Below are positions 36,701 through 49,340 of a stretch of 64,000 bases of DNA, piece by piece. The notes beneath the pieces are model-generated. The model was not told the DNA's origin and did not search any database. It saw only the letters and a list, made by a program, of their open reading frames with translations. The stretch comes from Bugula neritina (taxonomy: Eukaryota; Animalia; Bryozoa), in NCBI GenBank assembly GCA_964035545.1, contig OZ037770.1, positions 11,366,463 to 11,430,462 of the forward strand, read 5' to 3'. The position numbers and the translations under genes were made by a program. Numbering within the stretch: the stretch's first letter is position 1; each line of letters begins with the position of its first letter.

Positions 36701-39700
36701 TTAGATACTACAGTGTAAAGAAAGGTTGGTGAGATTCCGCCATATTGAGTGTCAGAAAATACCAGTTTTTAGTGTTACATTAGGTTTTTCCTTAAAGCAG
36801 GGGTGTGGAACCGAGGGTCACTGAAATGGAATATTCTGGTGGCGAGGGGCACATTGTAAAATTTAGCTTGAACTGGGGCTACAGCATCCGTTTTTTTCAA
36901 ATAACTTTATTCTAAATTCCTATGAATCATTACATAATGAAGTCCCAATAATTACTGCAGGCTGCATGTTTTAGCATGCAAATAAAGAAGACATCTAAAG
37001 AGGTGGTTTTTCTACTATAATTCACATACTGTGAAAAATAACTCTATGCGTTTATGTTGAATCTTTTCTGGGACAATCAGCTGACGTGAGTTTACCTATT
37101 ACGAAATACCTGCATATATCTTGCAATGTGAAGCATACTTTCCACGTGAGTTGATGCTAATAAATTTGAAACACGTGTTGCAACATGTAGTAGTTACACA
37201 AAACACCCTTATTTTTCAGGGCTGCCTTCACTTTTCAACGAGGAATGACATCACGAATGACACGGATCACGTATTGCAGATAATACAAAAGGATATTGAT
37301 GGAAGTTCCGTCAAGTAGTCGAGAGAAAGAGGAGTATTATTTACTGTAAACTCAGAAATAGAATAAAACAAAAATATATTTGCAGATTCTCATAGCGCGA
37401 CGCGAACCAATGTTACCGACAGGAAGCAACTAAGTTGACACATATTTGGGTGTTGTGTTTTGTTGTGATTGTCAATTTCTAATAATAGAACTTGGATGCT
37501 GAATGCAGTGGTATATTTATACAACATAAGCTTGCAACACTTTAACTGGTGGTTTATTCGAACTTCGAGACTGAAACATCCACTGTTCAAGGAAAAACAC
37601 ACTATAGAATATGTTGGTTGGTCTAACAGTTGTGGTACATGAAAGCCTGGAGCCTTTAATGCAGGTTTGTGGTAAGAGCTAGAGAGATTTTTGTGACCAG
37701 CTAACATTGCCAAGTTGTGCAACTTTCAGCAAATTTCATGAGTGATTAAAATACATTCTCCAAACAAAGATATGGAGACTCCCAGTTGATAAAATTGTAA
37801 ACAAATCAACAAAGAATTCGCAGGATCACAGATAAAAGACAAAAAAGTGCCAAGAAGTAAATCTTTGTATTTGGTTACGAAATATTATAAACTGCAGCAT
37901 AATATAACATAATATCTTTACAGTTCTACAGAGCAATTACTTGTCCAAGTTTTCCCATGGTAGAATGATACAACTTTTTATATGAGGATGATAATTAAAC
38001 AAATAAACACAAAGTGATGTAATAGATTATGCCCACTACACTCCCAATTTTAGAAACTATGATAGAATAAATATAAATATATATGTTTGCACATAGACAA
38101 ATCTAAGAGTGGGCAAGAAATCAAAGACAGGCTTTTTGATAACAGAGCTTTTATAGAATATTGTAGCACATGAAATTTTTTGAATATAAAATAAATCAAA
38201 CCCAAACAAACTGAAAGTTATGAACCCCAGCTGAGCTCAACTCTCACAGCTAACATCTCTCCAACCTTCTGGACATATTAAGAACTACATTTATTGGTGC
38301 ACTAAGTTTTGGCTAAAAAGTGTAGGCCTATGCTTTACTTTCTATTGTGTAACAAAAGTGTGCAGTGATAAACCAGATGTCCAGTTGACTAATGCAGTAA
38401 CATGGAGGCTTAAGAAATGCAACTTGCTAAAGCAGATTTCCCCATATAAATTCATGATCACGCACACCTAAATAACAGACATCTTAGAATGGATGAGTAG
38501 TGTAAAGTTGGGAGAGAGGCAGCCAATACACGGGGAAACTACAGAGGGTGCTGCTACCAACGCATCTTACTAATCAGACTCTTAACATGTTAAAAGTTAG
38601 ATTATTAGGTAAGTGAAGCTAAATAACCAGAGACTTATAGTAGACTGAACAAACAGTTAAAAATAACAGCAGAAATCTGGTAAAACCCCTCCAAATCCTC
38701 AACACCTACACCCCTGACTCCAGCTAGTAGCTTAATGAAGAGATAGTAGCCGAATTATAACAAGAACCTCTCCAAACATTGACAATGTGAAATATCAACA
38801 CCCCAGCTAGTAGTTCAATAAAGAGATCAATGCCTACTACTTACTACTACACTCATGTTTTGACTGAGCTCTCCCCAAAGACTGAGTACTAGGATATCTA
38901 CGGAGATTCTGTTTCTTATCTCCCCTGGGCGGGTGAGGCAGTGTAGCCGTGCTGTGTCTTCGCTTCACAGTTGAATTCTTTGGAGATCCGTCACCGTGAT
39001 GTCTAAATCGGAACGAATAGATATCCACCGGCTCGGGGATTCCCTGTTTCTTAAACTCGTAGGTGATGCCAACGAGGGTGTGTACGACATCCGTCACGGC
39101 GTCAGCGATGCTTGGCATAGTCCGGTTAGTATCTTGTTGCACAGATCATGAATAAACTCGACCAGAATCAACATCTGCGAACACGTTTCCAGCAACTAAT
39201 GTTAGCTTAGCAATACCTCTCAATACTTCACTAATCTACAGTAACAGTTCACCTTCTGCTGACTTGCAGTATTGATTGCTGTCTCTACTTATAGTTTACT
39301 GACCCACTGAAGCAGCAGCAATGGCATGTCACTATACCATGTGACTAGTGACACGGAGTACATGTGCTTGTAGCTAGATGGCAGGTAGTTGAATGTGCTC
39401 AGTCTACCTATTGGTCTATGGCAATGATACCAGCAAACATTGTTACTACCAGCATGTGTTTAGTAATGATATTACAACCATTCTAACCACTCATCTTACA
39501 GCTAAACATTGTCACACCCTTTCAACTCCTGCTTTTTAGTTTTCTCCATCATAATCTTGAAGGCAAATTCTGGGACATTTGGCCACAGCAAAGAAGATCT
39601 GAGAAATATTGGGAGATTATTTGGCACACCATTATCCAGATGACTCACAGCTATCGCTGACCCACGCTGCCTTGTGTTTGACTGATCCGAGAACCCCTTG

Positions 39701-42700
39701 ACCAGTGCACCGCCTCGTAAACAGAACGTTACTAGTCAGAGTCTATCCAACCACAAACACTAATGAGAGGTTGTGTCCTCGCTTGATGAATGTCACCAAC
39801 TAGGGGTTGAAGACGCTCATGTGGGTAGCAGCAGCATCATTTTCACGTTAGTCATACACAATCTAAACGCAGCATTTATTGTTAGCAACACAATTATTGG
39901 TGATACATGTGCACGGCCTAAAATAGATTTTTGACACTTTACAAAAGTTGACGGAGACTTAACATTGCGTGACGCTGTCCCGGCATCATTCAACATTTAA
40001 CTGGTGATGCTGCTGGCATAGACAACTTGAATTGACATTTGTATTTGACCCCTGCTGCTCATCCGTATGTCAACAAGTAGTATAGTCGACAGACGTGGGG
40101 AGATAATTAAGATATTAGAGATATATTAGACTTTTACATATAGTCTATACTCCTCCCTTGTACATGTCATGCACATTTCATCAAACACACCCCAATCAAA
40201 TCAGAGCGAACCCAAAACTCTATTCATTTGTGAGCACTTAACTTTTCTATAGTTTCTTTGCTTATATGATGTTAATTTTATTAGAACCAACACAAATACA
40301 ATTTTAGTGGAGAGGATGGTGATGATAATCCCGCAACATTAATACAGGCCAACTTGAATAGATCTAGTGATATTTCAACAAGCAATTATTAGTAACTAAC
40401 AGTGACTGAGAGTAGTGAGTAACAGTGAGTAACAGTGACTAGTAGTGAGTAACAGTGACTAGTAGTAACTAGTAGTAACTAACAGTAACTAGCAGTAACT
40501 AGTAGTAGCTAACAGTAACTAATAGTAGCTAGTAGTACTAATAGTAACTAGTAGTAACTAGTAGTAAGTAGTAGTAACTAGTAGTAAGTAGTAACTAACA
40601 GTAGCAGTAGTAACTGACAGTAACTCATTAACTAACAGCAGCTAGTAGTAATTAACAGTAGCTAATAGCTAGTAGTAACTAGTAGTCTGATTAAATGAAG
40701 ACTCAGCCAGTATAGATTTAATACTGTTGGGAAACTGGGGGTAACTGAGCAATTAAGAAGACAACTCTAATATAAGAAATAATAACCTGATAACATCAAC
40801 ATACAGGTAAAAATGAGGGGGGGAGTGATTTACTTACCGTCCTGATTGCCCCATTCCCAGGCAGGTCCTCGCTCTACTTTAGCTCCTGGGAAGATACCCT
40901 TAGCCTCTATTGTGCTGCTACCTTGTCGCTTACCAACTTTAACTCCCTGGAAACACAATCACTATAGTAAAATTATAATACAATAAATATAATACAATAT
41001 AATATAATAAAAGTTTATAGAAAATTTAGGAATATATTGACATTCACATAGTTTGACTGTGCAGTGCATTATGAGACACAAAACTCAATACTATAGCAAC
41101 TGTGTAGAACAAACATCACCATAATATATTATAGTGTGAAGCATCAGGAGTTATGCTCTCCCCAACTTACATCTTTATTATGATGACTTAATTAAAACAA
41201 ACTTCAATAAAACACCTGGAAATTCTTAGCATGACAAAATTGCAGAATGACAGACCTGATTTAATTCAAAATTTGAACATTTTTGTTGAAAACAATAATA
41301 AAATTTAAACAACAAAATATTTCGTAGTTGTCTGTTCATACACAGTGGATCAGTTAAGTAGACAAGACAACTCCGAAATTTTCCTTCGTCACCAGGAACT
41401 CAAACCTGTGATAAGTTTAGGCTTAGTGTATATTATATAAATTGTTTTGCAATCATTTTAAAACAATTTCTCTGTAAACTTTACACTCTAAACAACTTGT
41501 ATAAAATAGTAGAAACACTGTGTAACCTTAGAGTTGGCCGTGATGAACCTGAGGAAGGGGTGGTTGTTGTCATGTTTCCCAGCCATGTAGCACGGTGTGC
41601 ATAGATCATAGTCTTTACACTTGACACAGCTCCACTTGACCCCAGCAATGCCCTGCTGGTTGCAGGCATCACACACTACGTCCACGTGCTTCACACCTAC
41701 AGTCAACAACCAGCCGTGTGTATAGCCTTCTAACTACTACATACTGTATAGCCTTCTAACTAATATATACTGTATAGCCTTCTAACTAATATATACTGTA
41801 TAGCCTTCTAACTAATATATACTCTAACTACTATATACTGTAACTACTACATACTGTAACTACTATATACTGTAACTACTATATACTCTAACTACTATAT
41901 ACTCTAACTACTGTATACTCTAACTACTATATACTCTAACTACTATACACTTTAACTACTATATACTCTAACTACTATATACTCTAACTACTATATACTC
42001 TAACTACTATATACTCTAACTACTATATACTGTAACTACTACATACTCTAACTACTATATACTGTAACTACTATATACTCTAGGTACTATATACTCTAAC
42101 TACTGTATACTCTAACTACTATATACTCTAACTACTATACACTTTAACTACTATATACTCTAACTACTATATACTCTAACTACTATATACTCTAACTACT
42201 ATATACTGTAACTACTACATACTCTAACTACTATATACTCTAACTACTACATACTCTAACTACTATATACTCTAGCTACTATATACTCTAACTAATATAC
42301 ACTCTAACTACTATATACTCTAACTACTACATACTCTAACTAATATATACTCTAACAACTACATACTCTAACTACTACATACTCTAACTACTATATACTC
42401 TAACTACTATATACTATAACTACTATATACTATAACTACTATATACTCTAACTTCTACATACTGTAACTACTATATACTCTAGGTACTATATAGTCAAAC
42501 TACTTTATACTCTAGGTACTCTACAGTCAAGCTATTGCAGGCCATAGCTGTGATATATTCTACTTGACAAGGATTACAACATCAATACATTCAATCAACT
42601 GCGAGACTGCCAGTCTAGGGACTTGAAGGGAATATTGCTAAGTCTGGGATACTAGCAAATTCCCAACTTAGTAATCAATAGCATTACCAGCATGTCTCTC

Positions 42701-45571
42701 TCACACACTAATCTAACACAACTTAGCAATGCAGTCATAGCCAGATAGAAAATATTCTAGCGATTAGCAGTTATTAATTGCCTTTAGAAGACTGAACACT
42801 CACTGTGCTGTGACCTGTTCATAAGTTCACAGGGCAATATTTACAACTTACTTACTCTGAGTATACATGAACTTATATTGCCCCTCTACTTACATTACAT
42901 GTACCTTTTTACCCTTCCAACACATTCGAATCAACTTCTTTTTCCAATTGTACTTTTTGAATAAAAAAAATATTATTTGTTTTTCTTTGAAGTTGTATCA
43001 GAAATTAGAGAGCTCATTGTCATAAATTATATTCTTGATTCAGTATTCAGATAAACATCCCTGCGTTTCCAAGCAAATGGAATTTTCATTAGATGTTAGG
43101 AAACAGTTGCATTGAATAAAACCACAGCCAAAAGTTCATGTAAATTGTAAACAGTAGCTACAAATTCATCCCTATGAGCATAATTCGAAGTAACGGAATG
43201 CAGGGTATAAAGAGAATACAACTTCAATACCACATTCCATTCCAAAATAGAAACTGGCTGAGGTCTACTGAACACCAGCGTGTAGCTTAGACTGAGGATA
43301 TATACACTAGACTCACCTGCCGGGAATTTTCATTAGATGTTAGGAAACAGTTGCATTGAATAAAACCACAGCCAAAAGTTCATGTAAATTGTAAACAGTA
43401 ACTACAAATTCATCCCTATGAGCATAATTCGAAGTAACGGAATGCAGGGTATAAAGAGAATACAACTTCAATACCACATTCCATTCCAAAATAGAAACTG
43501 GCTGAGGTCTACTGAACACCAGCGTGTAGCTTAGACTGAGGATATATACACTAGACTCACCTGCCGGGGCGTTGTCGAATAGCCTGAGGTCATAGGACCC
43601 CTGATAGCCCACCCGGTAGTTAGTCTTGTTGCCAGAATCCCATTGAACAACCACAGTCTTATCAGGGGAGGTTTTGCTACCCGGCCTACCAATCTCAATG
43701 ACCGTCCCCACATGACCTGCAAGATTCAACACACCGCTGAGTAACCAATAGATATTAGAGAGTAACCTAATAAAACATGAAGCGGCGTGAGCTAACAGAT
43801 ATAAGAGAGAGGTGCAGTAATGGAGAAATTGAGGAAAAGACTGTGTTCTAGATTATAAATGTAGCAAATAAAGTTATGCTCTCAACCCACGCCCCAAACC
43901 AAAATCTATGAAGAAATTTAAAGAACTTAATCTATCTCAATTTCCCTACTACTGCTCCTAGAAGGAAATATAAGAGAGAGAAGTACGAGTTCTTATTAAA
44001 TGATAAGCCAGTGTCATGAGCTAAAGAAAGATGGAAGGAATTTTTTCCTCACTGCAGCCAACTGTAAAAATGATGACTGAAAGTGGAATTTGACCTTTGG
44101 CAATCCCAGAGTTGCTAAAAATACTTTTTTGATCTTGGATTGTGTTTATAGTGACTTGCGAGTGATGAGTGAATGAATACCATGCAACCACTGGCACTGC
44201 TATTCATTTATCAATATGACAATGAGACTAAATAAAGTATCAGCTATAGTGGTTATAATGATGAAGAGTTCGTGTTTACTTAGACAATATCATCATTGAT
44301 ATTATGTAGCCTAATAGCTGTTAGCTGATCAGCTAGTAACACGGGGAGGGAGAGAAATGCCCGTAACACCAGCAAATGCATATAAAATAGGTGTGGTTAT
44401 TTGCTATATTTTTATGTGAAGTTTATGTCTAGCAGTTTGAAAGCTGTTGTCCATTTTTTATTAGACACAAATTTTCACACAGATACAAACCTAAATCACA
44501 GTTCATGGCTAAAGGGATCATTACCCTTTCAGTCAGTAGAAAGGTTTACAGATGGGATTGACAAGCAAGTTGGAAACTTGTATACCGCTGTGAACTTTCC
44601 TATCAGTCAAAGCGACTATGACTGAATAATGTTTCATGTTCTCACCACACCATACTAGCATGCCCTCACTCTCACCTTAGCTATCACATAAGGCAAGCAA
44701 TCTTAGTTTGAAAACTCCACATTATATTACACATTAATAGAGTTCTACATTCTCAATTGAGGATACCAGCCTAAAGTTATCAGATCTATTGACATGAATT
44801 TAATAGACATTTGAAATCTAAATAGGGAGCAGCCGTGGTCTAGGAGTTAGAGTGTTTGGCTTAGTAAACACGAAGTCATAAGTTCGAGCCCTAACAAAGG
44901 CCATTGGTGATGTTAGGAAGAGCATCCAGTCATAATTGCTCCTTTGCCCCATATAAATAAGTCCTCAGCCTGATTTAACAAAAACCTTTTCTATCAGCGA
45001 TTTTCTCACAGAGATAGTGACTATAAACTTGCGTGAGTTTTTTATCTGAAATCTATATACATTACAACTTAAATTTATAAACAAATATTTCCAGAAATTG
45101 AATCAACAGCAAACCAAACATAAGAGTTATGAGCTATGTTGACTGGTGCCAATACCAACAGTACTAGCTGTTCATAACTAGTAGCTCCCAATTATTGTTT
45201 TAAAAAACACCATTTATTACAGAGGAAGTGAGACCAGACACTTGGATACAGAGTCCAAATTAAAAGAACCTTGATTATTTAGGTGTATCTATTGATATTT
45301 TACTAGTTTTGGGCGAAAACGCCTGTTCATTAGCAGCTAAATTGTATAAAATAGCTAAAAACTGGAGATTTCCAGTGTGGACTAAATTAAGTAAAATGAC
45401 CCAATTATTGTTCTAAAAAACACCATTTACTACACAGGAAGTGAGACCAGACACTTGGATACAGAGTCGACACACACCTTCCCCATCATCTTGAGTGCTC
45501 CACTTCCAATCTGGCCCTCTCACGACTCGAACTCCAACAGAAAGACCGGCAGCGGCTGTCACTGCGGCCAT
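27740..45571 (-). CDS. MIB2: E3 ubiquitin-protein ligase mind bomb 2, ~923 aa (Mib-Herc2, ZZ, Mib-Herc2, two Mib repeats, ankyrin repeats, two RINGs)
   Basis: 19 exons: 45571-45478, 43716-43561, 41696-41527, 40946-40838, 36629-36435, 35666-35530, 34559-34449, 34112-34008, 32719-32515, 32346-32201, 31811-31663, 31269-31076, 30840-30723, 30448-30322, 29964-29758, 29331-29159, 28898-28750, 28323-28253, 27895-27740. Motifs VRVVRGPDWKW, TNYRVGYQGSYDL, CDAC..C..CKDYDLC..CY, GDTALHYSAFG. Two rather than three RINGs favours MIB2 over MIB1. Confidence 0.95.
27925..28190. repeat. 43-bp minisatellite, ~6 copies
   Basis: GAC(G/A)GGTTGTAATACTA... recurs every 43 nt in the last MIB2 intron. Confidence 0.85.
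30843..30940. repeat. 9-bp repeat (ATCAATACA) abutting a MIB2 acceptor
   Basis: Direct inspection; gives the CIDYID tract in ORF 30722..30946. Confidence 0.85.
31830..32010. repeat. 20-bp minisatellite (GTCAAACTATGTCACA...)
   Basis: Direct inspection. Confidence 0.85.
33604..33749. repeat. (GGGA/GGAA)n purine microsatellite
   Basis: Direct inspection. Confidence 0.9.
33885..33985. repeat. 21-bp minisatellite (CAACAAGTGTGTGACAGCTAG)
   Basis: Direct inspection. Confidence 0.9.
36798..37040 (+). mobile_element. hAT-like MITE, 3'-truncated
   Basis: CAGGGGTGTGGAA start and internal similarity to 3298-3540. Confidence 0.7.
38845..39174 (-). other. Probable alternative MIB2 exon in intron 4 (alternative first coding exon, ATG 39118, or poison cassette)
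   Basis: Acceptor ttcgcag| at 39175 and donor |GTAAGT at 38844; 330 nt, phase 1-1, in frame with exon 5; GC-richer than the flanking intron. Confidence 0.55.
40392..40685. repeat. Degenerate (AGTAACT/AGT)n tandem repeat
   Basis: Direct inspection. Confidence 0.85.
41718..42520. repeat. ~800-bp 16-bp minisatellite (TATACTCTAACTACTA), starting with 26-bp variant units
   Basis: Direct inspection; begins ~20 nt from the MIB2 exon 3 acceptor. Confidence 0.95.
43079..43566. repeat. 244-bp near-perfect tandem duplication including the MIB2 exon 2 donor
   Basis: 43079-43322 matches 43323-43566 with one substitution seen; both units end ...CTAGACTCACCTGCCG. Confidence 0.95.
43809..43958 (+). mobile_element. 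~150-bp MITE with TIR G(G)TGCAGTAATGGAGAAATTGAG
   Basis: Imperfect TIRs; further copies at 54594-54755 (inverted) and 63758-63911. Confidence 0.7.
44825..45038 (+). mobile_element. tRNA-derived SINE
   Basis: A-box-like TGGTCTAGGAGTT, B-box-like GTTCGAGCC, then central GGTGATGTTAGGAAGAGCATCCAG; second copy at 23985-24217. Confidence 0.7.
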
Positions 45572-47841
45572 GGTGACTACAGAGAGCTGAAATCACAAGT
45601 GAGCGCTTTTACTACCAACTAATTAGTGACAGACATAGACAGCTGTCTGCATACTCTGTAGTCACTATGATTACATCATATGGGACAATAATTACTAGCA
45701 GTGACTTCAACTTACAGAGCACTACACTAAATGTAGAATGGCATTAGCAGTTTAGTATCTGGCTTTAAGTTTAGCAGTAATAAACTATCTGATGAGCTAC
45801 ATATATTTAATGCCCTCTATAGAATTTATCTCTCTCCACTCAACTGTTTTGATTTCTTAAAAAGCAATCAGCTATCTTACTACAGCATTAAAGGCGTTAG
45901 AAACAGTAAAGTACATTTGCATTGTATATAGATGCAATTTCCAGATTGCCTGGTGTTATTTATAGTTTTAAGTAGTTGGAGGTTTAATTTTCTTGCATTT
46001 GACAAGTATTCTACACATCATTTGTGTACATTTCTGCGTATAACAAGCAATTTTCCAATGGCATGCAGATGCACAAATTAATGCTAAAATGGGGAAGCTA
46101 GATTGGCTGAGGGTTGAATGTGTCTGTCTAGACTCTAGGATACCAACGTGAATAGATCTCCAACTTATTCAGGTCACACTCTAATTGGGTTCTTTATATT
46201 TTAGCTTAAACTTAAAAAAAAATGTGAAGATTTACCAACAGCTACCCTTGAATTAGAAAACTAGGGGAGATTTAAGACCAGCAAAACACAGACAGGTGAA
46301 TCTGATAGTATACGGAATATTTACTATGAAATCACAAGTAGTACAGTCATTCTGACTTATTGCCAACAAAGCTTGTCAATAACATGAAACACTTACAACA
46401 GTATTTATATTATTTACAATGATGTATAAATCATTGCAACATATTATAACTGTTATATCACCACTCAAAATTACATTTCCATTCTGTTAAATTATCATGC
46501 AATAACACATTTGAACCAAGAGTCTATTTCCTTCCGCTTTTCAATCCAAAACAAGCAGACGATCGGAACTCATTGTTTATAAAGATAAGCTATTTCAGAT
46601 GCTACGACATGACCAAGAACTATAACATACAAGAGAATGAATTTACTACAAAATTTTGAGCTGAGGCAATTTCCAATTTTAAATTTGAAAAATATTGAAA
46701 ATTGAAAATTATTTCTTAAATCATAAACGGTGATTTCAAAATTTACGTTTTATAAAATGAACAAATAGCTTAACTTTAATACTATGAATATATGATTTAT
46801 TTCAAGTTAACTTACAACTAAAATTAAATAATTAGAAACATAAGGTCACATAAATAGAGGTATTACTTATTTCCCCTTATGACCTATACTAAAAATCATT
46901 CAGTAGAAATACTATATATTACTATATTATTATATGTTATTTTATAGAAAAATCACTTATATTCCTTTGCAAAGACTGGCAATTTCATTTTGGTTCGTCA
47001 ATTGAAATTGTTCAAGTTGCTAACTTATAAAATCAACGTTAGAATGACTAAAAGTGGCTACTAAAACTAAACTCTAATCTCTATGTTAGGCAATAAAGAC
47101 TAGACATCCTCTGTGGCTACTGCAAAATTAAGCGCAAGTATTGCAACTATCAATTAAAAACAGGCAATAAAAGTAAAACAACTATAATAGTTATATTATT
47201 ATCACAATTTGCTTTTTCTAATTATTTAGTATTATTAGCCGTTTTATAATCTCAATCTATTTTTAGAATCATGGACATCAGAAACGTCTTCATTACCATA
47301 ATCAGAAATGATATTGGCTATCATAACTGAATGGTAGATATTTATACTTTCATGGAAAATAAATACAATTATGATATATACAGTTTATATTCAGATTATA
47401 CTCTTATAGTCATGAATATTTATTTAGTTTTACATTGCATTTGACTTTTAATCTATAATTATACCAATCATGTTAATCACTTTAATGCTAATTTAATACT
47501 TACAGCTGATGGTTATACTGATACTTCATAAAATTAATTGGCTATGGTTTATTTCTATGGTAGTGATACCAACTATAATCATAACTTTGTGTTTATCATA
47601 ACAGCTAATAACAGATATTGTTAATGTTATCAGTATCACTTTCACTCATGTTCAAAGTAACAGGATGAGTAAAATAACAATTACTCACTAAACTGTGAGA
47701 ATAATAATAATACCAATATTATTGCGTTATATTAACATAATGACAGTGACTACAACTAGTAAAAGATTAAGTACATTTATTAGTATTAGATTAGATCTGA
47801 AAAGGTCAAGTCCAATAGGCATTGTGATTGTATTCTGATTC

Positions 47842-48403
47842 GGGTGCAAGTCATTTCCACACAAGGCGTTTTGTACTCACTTTTTCACGCAGTTTCGTAC
47901 ACATCAATATAAATCAACTTGAGCACATACTTTTTGACATTTATGTGTTATTTGGGGTTAATTCCTTATTTATTTTGTGTACAGTAGTTTGTGTACAAAA
48001 CGACCATTTTGTGTGCGAATCAACAGGAACTCTGTCATTCTGATTGCCATAAATATATATTTATATTAGTTTAAAAGCAGTAGGAGCCATGAGTATTATC
48101 ATGGTTATCACCAGGTTGAGCATCGTGCTCATGGGAAAAAACTATAAACACCAGTATCACTGAGAGCAAGAGTATCACTTTCAGAGGTTCCTGTCATTTC
48201 GAACACCACTCGTTTCTTACACAAATTCAAAATGGTTGTTTCATACAAAAACTGTTGTACACACGGTAAATAATGAATTAACCCCAAACCCACATAATAA
48301 ATAAATACCAAAAAATATGTATTTTACTTTCACTTTCAGCTCTAATTATTTTATGTGTATGAGGTAATCTGAAAACGTGGGTACAAAAGGACTTGTGCAT
48401 CCC
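47842..48403. mobile_element. Foldback MITE with long degenerate inverted repeats
   Basis: 47925-48015 is an imperfect reverse complement of ~48225-48320 (TTTGGGGTTAATTC / GAATTAACCCCAAA); ends GGGTGCAAGTC ... GACTTGTGCATCCC. Confidence 0.65.
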
Positions 48404-48639
48404 ACTATCAGTATCAGTCATACTGTCAGTGTGAGTATGTGACATCAAGCTCAACATGGATATGAGCCCGAATCTATGATTATCAGCATCATTAAACTTA
48501 ACCATGGTAATACTAAAAACTATAAGCTATCTACTCCTAGCAACACTAATACTAATAGTAATAGCCATAGACCTACTCATAATCATAGTAATACTTTAAC
48601 AGTAGATTAACGTAAAGAATAAGATTAATATATATTATC

Positions 48640-48930
48640 ATTAGCCTTAGGATTAAGATCGAGGATTAGAAACAAATGGAAACACAATTTGAATACTTAT
48701 AATTTTAATAATCAGTTTATAATATTATATAACCATAATCACATTACCTCAAACTTTAAGTTTATTGTTAGCTTTAGGATTAAGATTGAAGATTAGATTA
48801 ACTATGATATTGATTAATCATTAAGGTACAAATTGAAATACAATTCAAATAATTATAATTTCAATTATATTAATCAGTTTATAATATTAAATAATAATAA
48901 TTACATGACCTCAAGCTTTAAGTTTATCGC
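48640..48930. repeat. Degenerate ~130-150-bp tandem duplication
   Basis: TTAGGATTAAGAT...ACCTCAA.CTTTAAGTTTAT occurs twice. Confidence 0.7.
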
Positions 48931-49239
48931 AATGATATTGATATATTGATAATCATATTAATATTCATAAATTCATAATCATAATGATAATATTAATATA
49001 AATATAAAATTAAATATTATGATAATAATTCTTATTAATCATAATCATAATCATAATGTCAATATGAGAGACGGATGGAATAGAAATTTACCCAAGATAA
49101 ATTCAATAATTCAACATTTAGGTAAAATTATAGCTATAACACAATCTTGTAGTTACTATTGGTATTAGCTATAAATATTAGTAATAAGATAAAGAGTAGG
49201 GATAAATATTACACATAAACCTAAACTTAAAACTGAGGT

Positions 49240-49340
49240 GTTTGATTGCTTGTCCCGAGAGGTCGCTGCGAACTATAGCCCAAGAACCTGGTTATCGATA
49301 ACAACTTTTATGAGCGTATAATTATATTTGAAGTACGTAA
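49240..49340. promoter_or_regulatory. Candidate bidirectional promoter between MIB2 and the folate-receptor-like gene, with DRE palindrome GTTATCGATAAC (49291-49302)
   Basis: Short CpG-containing patch within very AT-rich DNA between two divergent genes; TATCGATA is the DRE core-promoter motif. Inference only. Confidence 0.35.

Noticed and set aside
41718-42520. Regular short repeats superficially like a CRISPR array (also 27925-28190 and 52590-52960)
   Set aside because: No unique spacers, no cas genes, eukaryotic intronic context.
44825-44900. tRNA gene
   Set aside because: A/B boxes present but no convincing cloverleaf; continues into a body shared with 23985-24217, so it is a SINE.
27740-45571. 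MIB1 assignment
   Set aside because: Only two RING domains were found; MIB1 has three.
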